Shown: positions 42,872-52,861, numbered from the stretch's first letter. The stretch: DNA of 64,000 bases from Dehalococcoidia bacterium (GCA_965115955.1 OZ220473.1:1301463-1365462); one strand, 5' to 3'. Program-made: numbers and translations. The notes: a model not told the origin generated them from the sequence alone.

Positions 42872-43858
42872 ATGCCTACCCTCCTCGTGACCGGGCCTGA
42901 CCTCTCCGGCAAGACCAGCGTTGCCGTTGGGCTGCTGGCGCGCATGGGCGACGCAGGGCTCCAGGCAGCGTACTTCAAGCCGTTCTCCGGCAATGGGACG
43001 GAGGACGGGGACTACGCTTTCGCCGCCGGCGTTCTGGCCGATGCGCTGGACATCGCCGTTGGGCCTGCGCCCCGGCCGCTCTCCGGCAGCGTGGAAGAGG
43101 CGATGGAGGCGTTCGCTGTGCTGCAGGAAGATGCGGGGCTGGTTGTGATGGATGTGCCCGACAACTCCCCGGGATCTGAACTTGCCGCCGCGACCGGCGC
43201 GCGGGTGCTGGAAGTCCACGCTTATGCCCCTGGGCGGGACTGGGCGGCAGTAGCCGATGAGGCCGCGGTGCGATGGGGCAATCGTCTGGCCTGCATGGTG
43301 GTCAACCAGGTTCCCCCCTACCGGACTGAGGAGGTTGCCGCCGGCGCTGCCGAGTCTTCGGCGGATGTGGACACGGTAGTGATGCCCGAGAGCCGCGTCA
43401 TGCTGGCGCCGACGGTGGCGCAGGTAGCGGAACATCTGGACGCGGTGTGGACGCTGGAGCCGGTCAATGCCGACGCGCTGGTGGAGCGGTTTCTGATAGG
43501 CGGCAACATCATGGACAACGGCCCCACCTACTACGGGCGCTACGCCAACCAGGCCGTGATCACCCGCGCCCAGCGTCCCGATATTCAGCTTGCCAGTATG
43601 CTGCCGCAAACCCGATGCCTGGTGCTGACTGGAGCGGGCGAGCCGACCGAGTACGTCAAGGCCGAGGCTCTGGAGCGTGACGTCCCCCTGCTGCAGGTGT
43701 TTACCTCTACCATCGAGACCGCCGACGCTCTGGAGCGGCTCATCGATTCCGTAACTCCCCACAGCCTGGTCAAGGCCCGCTGCTACGCCGGCCTGCTGGA
43801 GCAGCGCGCCGGAGGGGATACGGTGGACGGCTGGCTGGAATTGCAGCGGGATTCCTGA
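42872..43858 (+). CDS. BioD-like P-loop plus DRTGG domain protein (phosphotransacetylase N-terminal-like)
   Basis: 'LLVTGPDLSGKTSVAVGL' and the DRTGG-like 'CLVLTGAGEPTEYV'. Confidence 0.6.
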   Translation: MPTLLVTGPDLSGKTSVAVGLLARMGDAGLQAAYFKPFSGNGTEDGDYAFAAGVLADALDIAVGPAPRPLSGSVEEAMEAFAVLQEDAGLVVMDVPDNSPGSELAAATGARVLEVHAYAPGRDWAAVADEAAVRWGNRLACMVVNQVPPYRTEEVAAGAAESSADVDTVVMPESRVMLAPTVAQVAEHLDAVWTLEPVNADALVERFLIGGNIMDNGPTYYGRYANQAVITRAQRPDIQLASMLPQTRCLVLTGAGEPTEYVKAEALERDVPLLQVFTSTIETADALERLIDSVTPHSLVKARCYAGLLEQRAGGDTVDGWLELQRDS

Positions 43859-43985
43859 TTCAGCCCGCCCGTTCGCGGGGCGGGAATGCGCTCGCAAAGC
43901 CCTGCCCTTTGGCGGCCCGTGATATGAGTCCTGTGATATAATCCGCGGCGCATTATTCGTAAACCCACCGGCGGGAGAGAGCGTC

Positions 43986-44783
43986 ATGGATTTGGGACTC
44001 CAGGATAAAGTTGCCATCATCACCGGCGGCAGCGACGGCATCGGCAAAGCGGCGGCCCTCAGCATGGCCCAGGAAGGCGCGGCGGTCGTCATCGTCGCCC
44101 GGCGGCAGGACGTCCTCGACCAGGCGGAGCGGGAAATCCTCACCGCCACCGAGGGGCGGGTGCTGTCCATCTCCGCCGACGTTACCGACCCAGTCTCGGC
44201 CAGGAGCATCGTAGAGAAGACTCTGAACAAGTTCGGGAGGCTGGACATCCTGGTCAACAACGCCGGAACGTCCATGGCCAAAGCCTTCGAGGAAGTGTCC
44301 CGGGAAGACTGGGAGTTCGACTTCGAGCTGAAGGTCTGGGGCGCGGTGCGGCTGATCCAGGAGTCGATCCCCGAGATGCGCAAAGTCGGCGGCGGGCGCA
44401 TCATCAACGTAACGAACCTGGGCGGGCGCACTCCGGGGCCGGCCTCCATGCCCACCTCCATTTCCCGCGCCGCCGGCATCGCCATCACCAAGGGCCTGTC
44501 CAAAGACCTGGCGAAGGACAACATCCTGGTCTCGACCGTGTGCATCGGCCTGATCAAGAGCGGCCAGCACCAGCGGCGTTTCGACGCCCGAATCCAGTCG
44601 GAGCCGAATCTCTCCGTCGACGCCTTCTATGACCAGTTGGCCGCCGGAAGGCATGTGCCGCTGGGCCGCGTGGGAGAGCCGGAAGAGGCGGGCGACGTTA
44701 TCGCCTTTCTGGCCTCGGAGCGGGCCAGCTACCTGACCGGCATCGCGGTCAACCTGGACGGGGGAGCCTCCGCCGTCGTATAG
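43986..44783 (+). CDS. SDR family oxidoreductase
   Basis: 'KVAIITGGSDGIGKA' and 'NNAG'. Confidence 0.85.
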   Translation: MDLGLQDKVAIITGGSDGIGKAAALSMAQEGAAVVIVARRQDVLDQAEREILTATEGRVLSISADVTDPVSARSIVEKTLNKFGRLDILVNNAGTSMAKAFEEVSREDWEFDFELKVWGAVRLIQESIPEMRKVGGGRIINVTNLGGRTPGPASMPTSISRAAGIAITKGLSKDLAKDNILVSTVCIGLIKSGQHQRRFDARIQSEPNLSVDAFYDQLAAGRHVPLGRVGEPEEAGDVIAFLASERASYLTGIAVNLDGGASAVV

Positions 44784-44978
44784 AGCCCCTGCCTGATTCG
44801 GCTGCCGTCACGGGTATTGTCTGCACACAGGGACGCAAGGCCTTGCGCCCCTGTGTTGCGAACGCAAAGCGTGTCCGGCCCGTATCCGGCCATTGCTCCG
44901 CTCTTCCCCGGCCATTTTGCCCTCGCGGGAACGGCGGGCGTAACAACAGAGCGTTTTCCGGCGTTTGGGAGGACTGAC

Positions 44979-46181
44979 GTGACTGGTTCATATCTCAACG
45001 AATTGCGGCCCAGCGCAAGGCTGCTTCTGGGGCCTGGCCCCAGCTCGGTGCATCCCCGGGTGCTTCAGGCGATGACCTTGCCGGTGATGGGCCACTTGGA
45101 CCCCGACTTCTTCCAGGTTATGAACGACATCGGCGATATGCTGCGGGAGGTTTACCACACCTCCAATACCATGACCATGCCGGTTTCAGCCACGGGAACG
45201 GGGGCCATGGAGACGGCCTGCGCCAATATCCTGGAACCCGGCGACACCTTCGTCGTCTGCCGCAACGGGTACTTCGGCGTCCGGCTGGGCAACATCGCCG
45301 AGCGGTGCGGAGCCAGAGTCTATGAGGTGGATACGCCCTGGGGAAGCCCCGTCGACCCGCAGGCCCTGGACGACGAGCTGTCCAGGCTCCCCAGGGTAAA
45401 GGCGGTGGGCGTAGTCCATGCCGAGACCTCCACCGGCGTGCTGACCCCTCTGCCGGATATTCTTGATGTCATCCGGAAACACGGCGCGCTGTCCATTGTG
45501 GACGCCGTGACCTCCCTGGGGGGACACGATATGAAGGTGGATGAGTGGGGCATCGATGTTTGCTACAGCGGGACGCAGAAGTGCCTGGGAGCGCCCCCGG
45601 GACTGGCGCCCATTACCCTGAGCGATGCGGCCATGCAGGTGGTGAAGACACGGGAAAGCCTGGTACAGAGCTTCTACTTCAACCTGCAGGACCTGGAAAG
45701 CTATTGGGGCCAGAGCCGCAGCTACCACCACACCGCGCCCATTTCCATGACCTATGCCCTGCGCGAGGCGCTGCGGATGATGATGGAGGAGGGAGTCGAA
45801 AACCGCATCAACCGCCACGCCCGCGCCGCCGCCGCTCTGAGGGCCGGGCTGGATGCGCTGGGGCTGGAGCTGCTGGCCGATCCTGACCATCGGCTGAATC
45901 CGCTGACCACCGTGAAGATTCCCAGCGGTATTGACGACGCAAAGGTGCGGGCGGCGCTGCTGGAGGAGTACAGTATCGAGATCGGGGGCGGACTGGGCGA
46001 GTTTCGCGGCAAGGCCTGGCGCATCGGGCTGATGGGCGACTCGGCGCGGGACCGGAACGTGCTGGCTCTGCTTTCAGCGCTGGAGCAGATCCTCAGCGAG
46101 GATGGCTACGAAGTTGCTTTTGGCGCCAGCCTGTCAGCAGCCCAAAGATCCCTCGCTTCCTTTGTCCCTGAAGCTGGCTAG
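44979..46181 (+). CDS. Class V aminotransferase (serine/alanine-glyoxylate aminotransferase-like)
   Basis: GTG at 44979 follows GGGAGG. Pattern 'LLLGPGPSSVHPRVLQAM...SGTQKCLGAPPGLAP' (PLP Lys region). Confidence 0.8.
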   Translation: MTGSYLNELRPSARLLLGPGPSSVHPRVLQAMTLPVMGHLDPDFFQVMNDIGDMLREVYHTSNTMTMPVSATGTGAMETACANILEPGDTFVVCRNGYFGVRLGNIAERCGARVYEVDTPWGSPVDPQALDDELSRLPRVKAVGVVHAETSTGVLTPLPDILDVIRKHGALSIVDAVTSLGGHDMKVDEWGIDVCYSGTQKCLGAPPGLAPITLSDAAMQVVKTRESLVQSFYFNLQDLESYWGQSRSYHHTAPISMTYALREALRMMMEEGVENRINRHARAAAALRAGLDALGLELLADPDHRLNPLTTVKIPSGIDDAKVRAALLEEYSIEIGGGLGEFRGKAWRIGLMGDSARDRNVLALLSALEQILSEDGYEVAFGASLSAAQRSLASFVPEAG

Positions 46182-47688
46182 TCCGGGCCTCCTCCAGGTC
46201 AACCTGGAGTGGGGCTGACCCGCGCCGGGTTATCAGACCGCCGCGATCGGCGCGGATGTCACCCGGCTCTTCCAGCCGGTATGCCTCGTCCAGAATATCG
46301 ACCACATGCCGTACCGGGGTGTTCTGTCCGGCGCTGCGCAGCCCCTGCTCCAGTTGCAGCATACAGCCGGGGTTGGCGGTAATAGCCTCGGATGCCCCGG
46401 TTTCTACTATGGCTTCCACTTTGCGGCTGAGGATGCGGCGCGATAAGGTCGGCTGCACAGCCGAGTATATGCCTGCCCCGCCGCAGCACATCGAAGGGTT
46501 TTCCATTTCCTGCAACTGCACGCCGGGAATGCTTCGGAGTATGGCGCGCGGCGCGGCGGAGATGCGCTGGGCATGGGCCAGATGGCACGGATCCTGGTAG
46601 GTTACCTTCCGGTCCAGGTAGGCCAGAGGCTGACGCAAGGAGAGTTCCAGAAGCAGCTCGGTGATGTCGCAGGTAATTTCGCTGGCTTGCCGGGCTTTAT
46701 CGGCATACTCCCGGTCGTTTTTCAGGAGTTCGCGATATTCCTTCATGGTGGAGCCGCAGCCGGCCGAGGAAGTGACGATTCGGTCGGGCCGGGCCGCCAG
46801 TAGCGCATCGATGTTGCGGCGGGCCATTGCCCGCGCCGTTTGCAGATCTCCGGCGTGGGAATTGAGGGCGCCGCAGCACCCTTGTCGGGGCGGGACGGCC
46901 ACTTCGCAGCCGTTGCGAACGAGAACACTCACTGTTGCGTTCATCGTCTCGGCCTGCATCAGAGGCATCACGCAGCCGGAGAGCAGGGCCACCTTCATCT
47001 TCGGCGCTCTCTCTGCGGGTCTGTATGTGCGACGGGAAGGGCCGAAGAAGCGGCCGCTCATTCTGGGCATCTGCGCCTCGATCTGTTCCAGCCGTCCGGG
47101 CAGGAGCCGGGTCAGGCGCAGGCGCCTTGCCAGCCACTGCGCCCCCGACCGCTGGTAAAGGCGCAGCAGGTTTGCTCCCAGCCGCAACAGGCGAGGCCGG
47201 GGAAGGGCAGAGCGCAGGAACCAGCGGGTCATGCGCTTCATGTCGCCGGACTGCCGGCCCTGGGCGCGCACCTGGGCGCGGGTTCGCTCCATCATGCGGC
47301 CGTAGGGAACGCCGGAGGGACAGACAGCCTCGCATGCGCGGCAGTTCAGGCAGGCTTCCCAATGGGAAACAATGCGGTCGCTTATTCCAACCCGCCCTTC
47401 GTTGACTGCCTTCATCAGAGCGATGCGGCCCCGCGGCGACTCCGTTTCCAGGCTGGTCACAGTGTAGGTGGGGCAGGAGCTCAGGCACAGCCCGCAGTGA
47501 ACGCAGCGGTACATATCGGCTTCAGCAGGGGCGTCCGCCCCGGTGAAGCCGGCGAACAGGGCTGTTAGCGGCGTCCGTTCCGGCGCGCTTCCGTCAGCTT
47601 CGGCCGGAGGCTGCGCCGATTCATCCGGCGCAACGTCCGCCGTCCGCTCCAGGCGGTCTTCGGGGTTGCCCGTCTGGGCAGGGGGCAT
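46093..47688 (-). CDS. glcF: Glycolate oxidase Fe-S subunit GlcF
   Basis: Two ferredoxin CxxCxxCxxxCP motifs ('CVHCGLCLSSCP' and 'CLNCRACEAVCP') plus CCG domains. Its ATG overlaps the glcE stop (ATGA). Confidence 0.8.
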   Translation of the reverse strand: MPPAQTGNPEDRLERTADVAPDESAQPPAEADGSAPERTPLTALFAGFTGADAPAEADMYRCVHCGLCLSSCPTYTVTSLETESPRGRIALMKAVNEGRVGISDRIVSHWEACLNCRACEAVCPSGVPYGRMMERTRAQVRAQGRQSGDMKRMTRWFLRSALPRPRLLRLGANLLRLYQRSGAQWLARRLRLTRLLPGRLEQIEAQMPRMSGRFFGPSRRTYRPAERAPKMKVALLSGCVMPLMQAETMNATVSVLVRNGCEVAVPPRQGCCGALNSHAGDLQTARAMARRNIDALLAARPDRIVTSSAGCGSTMKEYRELLKNDREYADKARQASEITCDITELLLELSLRQPLAYLDRKVTYQDPCHLAHAQRISAAPRAILRSIPGVQLQEMENPSMCCGGAGIYSAVQPTLSRRILSRKVEAIVETGASEAITANPGCMLQLEQGLRSAGQNTPVRHVVDILDEAYRLEEPGDIRADRGGLITRRGSAPLQVDLEEARTSQLQGQRKRGIFGLLTGWRQKQLRSHPR

Positions 47689-49037
47689 CAGAGCCGCCCC
47701 AGGAAGCGCCCGCGATTCAGCAGCCGTTGCGGGTCGAACTGTTTCTTGATTCGTCGCATTATCTCCATGCCCGAAGGCTCCTGCCCCCATACGTCCAGTT
47801 TCACCTTGATGGATGGATGGCATATCTCTACCACAGCCGTTCCGCCGTGCGGACGCGCAGCCTGGCGGACATCGGATACGGCATCAAGGATCGCATCCTC
47901 TTCAGGCTCGCCCCAGAACAGCATGCGGATCACGCCGAACCCCGGGTCTGCCAGCAGCTCGAAGGGAAACTCCCCCACACCGATATTCAGGCAGGTCTCG
48001 GACAGGGCCGGAATGATTCTCCGGGGGGCGGATATGCGCAAGGCCAGAGCCGGGAGGGAGTCCTCCTGCCAGCCGAGGTCGTTGGCCCATTGGCGCGCGG
48101 CCTGCGAGTTGCCGAGGTCCACGGTGTCCATTGCTCCGGCCTTCAGCAGGGCTGCTGTGGTGTCTGCCATGCGGCGCTGCACCGCCGAGGTTCGCCCGAA
48201 GAAGAAGCACAGGCCCAGCCCTCCCACTCTCTCGCTCTGCGCCTGGCGCAGGGGCGAGTTGGAACAGGATGCGAGGAAGTGGCGGGCCAGCCCCCCGGTT
48301 ACGGCCAGGTAGCTCTGCGGGCCGGCGGGCAGCCCCAGGGCTTCGCGCCCGGCCTCAACTGCTTCCCGCATGGTGTCGAAGGGCGCCGCCAGCGCGCATT
48401 CCCTGGGTTGCAGAGGCGCCACCTTGAAAGAAGCCTCTATGATGACCGCGAGGGTTCCCAGCGAGCCGGTGTAGAGGCGATTGAGGTCGTACCCCGTAAC
48501 GTTCTTGACCACCCTTCCGCCGGCCTTGGTCGCCACACCGTCGGCGCCTATGACTTCTATGCCGATGAGCCAGTCGCGAGGAGGACCGTAGGCGTGGGCC
48601 ATCGGCCCCGAGTATGCGGTGGAGAGGGCGCCCCCTACCGTAGCCCGGTCTGGCAGGGGCGACTCCAGGGGCACGAACTGCCGCGCCGATGAAAGCTCAC
48701 CCTGGAGGGCATCCAGGGTAAGGCCGGCCTCCACCGTGGCTGTCATGTCGCCGGGCTGGTAGTCGATGACGCTCTTCATCCGAGACAGGTCCAGCACAAG
48801 GCCGACGCTGTCGGGCGGATTGCCCAGGGCGGTCTTGGTGCCGCCGCCCCAGGGGAACACGGTTACTCTGCTCTCCGCCGCCCAGCGCATCACATCGGCT
48901 ACTTGCAGCCGATTCTCCGGCGATACCACTGTCATAGGAGTGAGCCCGTCGATGGCGTACCCGGAATGGGCATTGGAATGGGGCAGCGTTTCCTGCGGCA
49001 CAACCCGGCTCAGATCCTGGGAGTAAGGAGTGAGCAA
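47688..49037 (-). CDS. glcE: Glycolate oxidase FAD-binding subunit GlcE
   Basis: FAD_binding_4-like 'VFPWGGGTK'. Operon position is upstream of glcF. TTG start is tentative. Confidence 0.75.
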   Translation of the reverse strand: MLTPYSQDLSRVVPQETLPHSNAHSGYAIDGLTPMTVVSPENRLQVADVMRWAAESRVTVFPWGGGTKTALGNPPDSVGLVLDLSRMKSVIDYQPGDMTATVEAGLTLDALQGELSSARQFVPLESPLPDRATVGGALSTAYSGPMAHAYGPPRDWLIGIEVIGADGVATKAGGRVVKNVTGYDLNRLYTGSLGTLAVIIEASFKVAPLQPRECALAAPFDTMREAVEAGREALGLPAGPQSYLAVTGGLARHFLASCSNSPLRQAQSERVGGLGLCFFFGRTSAVQRRMADTTAALLKAGAMDTVDLGNSQAARQWANDLGWQEDSLPALALRISAPRRIIPALSETCLNIGVGEFPFELLADPGFGVIRMLFWGEPEEDAILDAVSDVRQAARPHGGTAVVEICHPSIKVKLDVWGQEPSGMEIMRRIKKQFDPQRLLNRGRFLGRL

Positions 49038-49049
49038 CAGACGCCGCGC

Positions 49050-49784
49050 CTATTCGCCGTAGGTGACCAGAGTTACATTTCGCTCCTGGGCCAGTTGTTG
49101 GCGCTGCTGGTCCGCGTATGCGCATACGACAACGGGAAGAGTCTGCTCGCCAGTGGCTCTTCTTACGATTTCCGCCCTTTCTGATGCCCGGCTGATGTCG
49201 TAATCGGCGACTGTTCTTGAAATTTCCAGCACCACGTATAGAGAGGATCTTTCGGGGTGTCTCCGCCCTTCCAGCACGACATCCACTTCAAACGCCTCGA
49301 TCCGATCCCGTTCGGTGATGACGCCCAGGTCGCTCGCTTCATAGATAAGGTCGAGAAACGCCATGTCGTTGGGCGCTCTGGAACCCTTGAGAACGCGTAC
49401 AGGCCTGATGTCCAGGCGCTGACCGACGATGCTGAAAATGTTGTTCCCAACTTTAAGCTCGTAAGTATCGCCTCTGATGTTGCCGACTATGCCTTCCATA
49501 CGGTCCTGGCGAGTTTCCATGCGGTCCTGACGGGCTTCGAGGCGGGCCTGTCCTGATTTGAGTTCAGCGACGTCGGCTTCGAGGCGGGCCTGCCCTGATT
49601 TGAGTTCAGCGACGTCGGCTTCGAGGTTTGTCAGTCTCGCGTCGGTAGTCCTGGCGAACTTGTCGAACCGCTTTGGCAGCTCCAGAAGGTCTTGGCCCAG
49701 GAGAGCGGAGCGAAGGGCGTCGGCCCATTCGGGCTGTTCGCGGATAATGCGAAGAATATCGGTGAAGCTGTTGACGGTGGTCAT
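49050..49784 (-). CDS. Coiled-coil protein with a possible PD-(D/E)XK-like C-terminal domain, inserted between glcD and glcE
   Basis: Tandem 'EADVAELKSGQARL' x2 and 'RQDRME' x2. The C-terminus has 'EVDVVLEG...YVVLEISRT'. It resembles the DUF3782-type family abundant in Chloroflexi, Thermus and cyanobacteria, recalled from memory only. Confidence 0.45.
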   Translation of the reverse strand: MTTVNSFTDILRIIREQPEWADALRSALLGQDLLELPKRFDKFARTTDARLTNLEADVAELKSGQARLEADVAELKSGQARLEARQDRMETRQDRMEGIVGNIRGDTYELKVGNNIFSIVGQRLDIRPVRVLKGSRAPNDMAFLDLIYEASDLGVITERDRIEAFEVDVVLEGRRHPERSSLYVVLEISRTVADYDISRASERAEIVRRATGEQTLPVVVCAYADQQRQQLAQERNVTLVTYGE

Positions 49785-49876
49785 AAATAATCCTTGACGG
49801 TTGTTCCATTGTACCCCCTGAGCGCCTCAAGGGGAACCAGTCAAGCACCCGCCAGGCGTACAGACCCGGCCGCCCG

Positions 49877-51415
49877 CTAGGCGTACAGACCCGGCGCGGG
49901 GCGGTGAGCGACGGCGTGGCGGCTGTGGCCGTCGGGGAAGATCTTGCCGGGGTTGATGTTGTTGCCCGGGGCGAAGGCGTCGCGCACCCGGCGCATGGCC
50001 GCCATGTCCTCTTCGGTGTAGACCAGCGGCATCTGCTCTTTCTTTTCCAGGCCCACCCCGTGTTCGCCGGTCAGTGTTCCGCCGGCGGCTACGCAGACCT
50101 CCAGCACCTCGGCCCCGGCCATGGTGATTTTCTCCAGCGCGCCCGGCTCCCGCTCGTCGAAGAGCAGGCAGGGATGGAGGTTGCCGTCGCCGGCGTGGAA
50201 TACGTTGGCTATGGGCACGCCGTGCCTGCGCCCCACCTCGGCCACCTGCTGCAGCACCTGAGCAAGCTGGGTGCGCGGCACCACGCCGTCTACCAGGTAA
50301 TAATTAGGGGCCAGGCTGCCCAGAGCGCCCAGAGCGCCCTTGCGTCCCTTCCAGAGCTGTTCCCGCTCGGCAGGCTCGGCGGCGAATCGCACCTGGCTGG
50401 CGCCGGTGTCCCACAGGGCGGCCTCAACCTCCAGCCCTAGCTCGTCGACCTCTTCGTTCAGTCCCTCCAGCTCTATCAGGAGCACTGCGCCGGCGTTATC
50501 CGGGTATCCTGCGTCCGAAACGTTCTGCACGGCCTGGATGCTCAAGGCGTCGATCATCTCCAGCGCGGCGGGTACGATGCCGCGCCCGATGACGGCGGAG
50601 ACGGCGGTGCAGGCCGATTCCACGTCGGGAAAGATGCCTAGATAGGTTTTGACCGCCTCGGGTACCGGCAGCACCCGAACCATGATTCGGGTGGCGATGC
50701 CGAAAGTGCCCTCGGACCCGGTGAACACTCCGCGCAGGTCGTAGCCTGGCGTTTCGCTGGCCATGCCGCCCAGGTTCACTACAGCGCCGTCTTCCAGCAC
50801 TACCTCCATGCCCAGAACATGGTTGGTGGTTGTGCCGTAGGCCAGGCAGTGGGGGCCGCCGGCGTTCTCGGCGATGTTGCCGCCCAGGCTGCAGGCCCGC
50901 TGGCTGGACGGGTCCGGGGCGTAGCGCATCCCCAGGCGGCGCGCATGGGTATCCAGGTCCAGGTTGATGACGCCCGGCTCCACGATGGCGTGGCGGTTCT
51001 CAACATTCACTTCCAGGATGCGGTTCATGCGGGTGAAAGCAATCTGTATGCCGTTGGGGGGCGAGATGGCGCCGCCGCTCAGCCCTGTTCCGGAGCCGCG
51101 CCCTACTACCGGCACGCCGGCCTCCCAGGCCAGCGCCATAACGCGGCTCACCTCGTGGGTATTCAGTGGGAAAACCACGGCGTTGGGAGTTCCCCGGTCG
51201 ATGGAACCGTCATACTCGTAGACCAGCAGGTCGTCTGGGTGCCACACAACGTTGCCGGACCCGACGATCTGCTGGAGCCGGTCGACGAAGGCGGCAGCGC
51301 CGAAGGAGGCAATCCCGCCGCCCCTGGAAATACCAGTATCTGCTGTGGAACTCAAAAGAAACCCCGCTGTAAGTTGTGTGCCTAGATATGAACCCGGATA
51401 TGAACCCGGCAGCAA
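49877..51415 (-). CDS. glcD: Glycolate oxidase subunit GlcD (FAD-linked oxidase); start uncertain
   Basis: 'VVFPLNTHEVSRVMALAWEAGVPVVGRGSGTGLSGG'. There is no in-frame ATG near the conserved N-terminus; TTG candidates lie at 51415 and 51355. Confidence 0.85.
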   Translation of the reverse strand: MLPGSYPGSYLGTQLTAGFLLSSTADTGISRGGGIASFGAAAFVDRLQQIVGSGNVVWHPDDLLVYEYDGSIDRGTPNAVVFPLNTHEVSRVMALAWEAGVPVVGRGSGTGLSGGAISPPNGIQIAFTRMNRILEVNVENRHAIVEPGVINLDLDTHARRLGMRYAPDPSSQRACSLGGNIAENAGGPHCLAYGTTTNHVLGMEVVLEDGAVVNLGGMASETPGYDLRGVFTGSEGTFGIATRIMVRVLPVPEAVKTYLGIFPDVESACTAVSAVIGRGIVPAALEMIDALSIQAVQNVSDAGYPDNAGAVLLIELEGLNEEVDELGLEVEAALWDTGASQVRFAAEPAEREQLWKGRKGALGALGSLAPNYYLVDGVVPRTQLAQVLQQVAEVGRRHGVPIANVFHAGDGNLHPCLLFDEREPGALEKITMAGAEVLEVCVAAGGTLTGEHGVGLEKKEQMPLVYTEEDMAAMRRVRDAFAPGNNINPGKIFPDGHSRHAVAHRPAPGLYA

Positions 51416-51651
51416 ATCCGGCTTCCAAACAAGCCAGTCCTGATTCGGATGATAGCCTTAACCTGATGGCAAGGCAAGCGCAATGGCAAGGCAAGCGCAG
51501 TCGCAGGTTCTCGACTCATCCTCGACTCAACAGAGCAGACAGGCGTTGACTGAAAACCATCCAGGCTGGTATTCTGAAGATCAGTCGGCGCCGTCAGGCA
51601 GGGCTGCTGGCCAAGCCCGTCGGGTTTGCCCGGCCGACTGCTTCTGTATGT

Positions 51652-52434
51652 ATATTCTTTACTTGTGACGAATCCGGCACCCACTCTGAGGCCAGCTAAC
51701 ACAAAGTAGCTGGCCTTGCCGTGTTTGAGAGGGAGATACATTGGTTTACGCAGGACTTGGAAAGACTCCAGCGAGAGTACTTCCCAAGAGAGACGGAACC
51801 TGTGTTCTTTCACGCCCGCTTACTCAGGGTTACACAAGGGGAATCCCTCCCTGCCCCTTGGAATCAGCTCGAGTTGAGACAGAGGCTGGAACTTAAGGAT
51901 AAAGTCTTTGGAATTATCAAAGACCGGAGGGCGGTTCTCTTTGGTTGCGCGATAGAAAAGGCCTACGCAGACTTGAGACGGGAGGATCCATACGAGAGGG
52001 CCTTTGAGGATTTGGTAAGTCGCTTCGATTTGTATCTGAGCCGCGTCAATAGCAGGGCATATGAGGAAAACCGAGAAGAGCAAAGAGGGTTGTTGGTCTT
52101 AGCTCAGTCGAGTTACGAGAAGACGCTCTCCCTGCTGGCGCGCAGGCTACAGCAACTGGGTACAAGATGGCGTTCGATTCATAACATCACCGATATCCCT
52201 CTTTTTGCGCCGGCGCGAGACTCCAGGCTCTTGCAATACGCCGACTTTTGCGCTAATGCCATCTATGGACGTTATCACGGGAGGCTGACTGGAGATTTCG
52301 ACAGGATTGCGTCCAAATTCGACCGTGAAGGAGGCGCAGTTCACGGTCTGGCGCACTTATCCAATGAATCCGGGTGTGTATGCCTGGCTTGTCTTGGAGG
52401 GCAGGGGCGCCAATATGGGCTTCCGATGATTTGA
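51652..52434 (+). pseudogene. DUF3800 family gene, apparently degraded (ATA at the expected start, in-frame TAA after the DESG motif)
   Basis: In the same frame as tracked ORF 51721-52434, the upstream sequence reads 'IFFTCDESGTHSEAS*HKVAGLAVFERE...'. This gives the N-terminal DESG signature, then TAA (51697-51699). The region is lower in GC. Confidence 0.55.
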
Positions 52435-52443
52435 GACGCCGGC

Positions 52444-52473
52444 TTGACGTACCCGCGGCGCCTGCTCTATGCT
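52444..52473 (+). promoter_or_regulatory. Sigma70-like promoter of the trp leader
   Basis: TTGACG (52444-52449), an 18-nt spacer, then TATGCT (52468-52473). Confidence 0.45.
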
Positions 52474-52479
52474 GTTCTG

Positions 52480-52845
52480 AAGACAATCGAATAGTCGCAA
52501 AGGCTGTGAAGGGGAGTAGTAGGCTTCCAGCAGGGCAAAAGCGAGCCGGGTATGGTGGAAGCCGGCGCCCAGGGCAGAAGCGCGAATGGACCCCGGAGCC
52601 GCAGGCCGATCTCGTTGCGCTCTCATGTAAGGAACCGGCGTTGTTCAAGAATCGGAGCGCATCGGGCTAGGCTGAGCCGGTCAGGGCGCCGTTAAAGGCC
52701 CGCGGCACGGGACCGATTTAGACTCCAGGTCCCCCAGCCGGTTGAGATTCCGGTCGCGGCTGTCTACTTGCGGGCCAGCGCCGGAGAAGAAGGGTGGCAA
52801 CGCGATGCAGACTCGTCCCTTATACGGACGAGTCTTTCTTTTTGG
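52480..52845 (+). promoter_or_regulatory. T-box riboswitch leader with a Trp (UGG) specifier
   Basis: Stem I elements: 'GGGGAGTAG' (AG bulge/GA motif) and distal-loop 'GGTGGAA'. Specifier context 'GAA-UGG-A', with UGG at 52587-52589. T-box sequence 'AGGGTGGCAACGCG' (52791-52804) lies directly before a terminator hairpin. Confidence 0.75.
52809..52843 (+). terminator. Intrinsic terminator of the T-box expression platform
   Basis: AGACTCGTCC (52809-52818) pairs with GGACGAGTCT (52826-52835), followed by TTCTTTTT. Confidence 0.85.
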
Positions 52846-52861
52846 CTTTTTGGAGCGGGAT

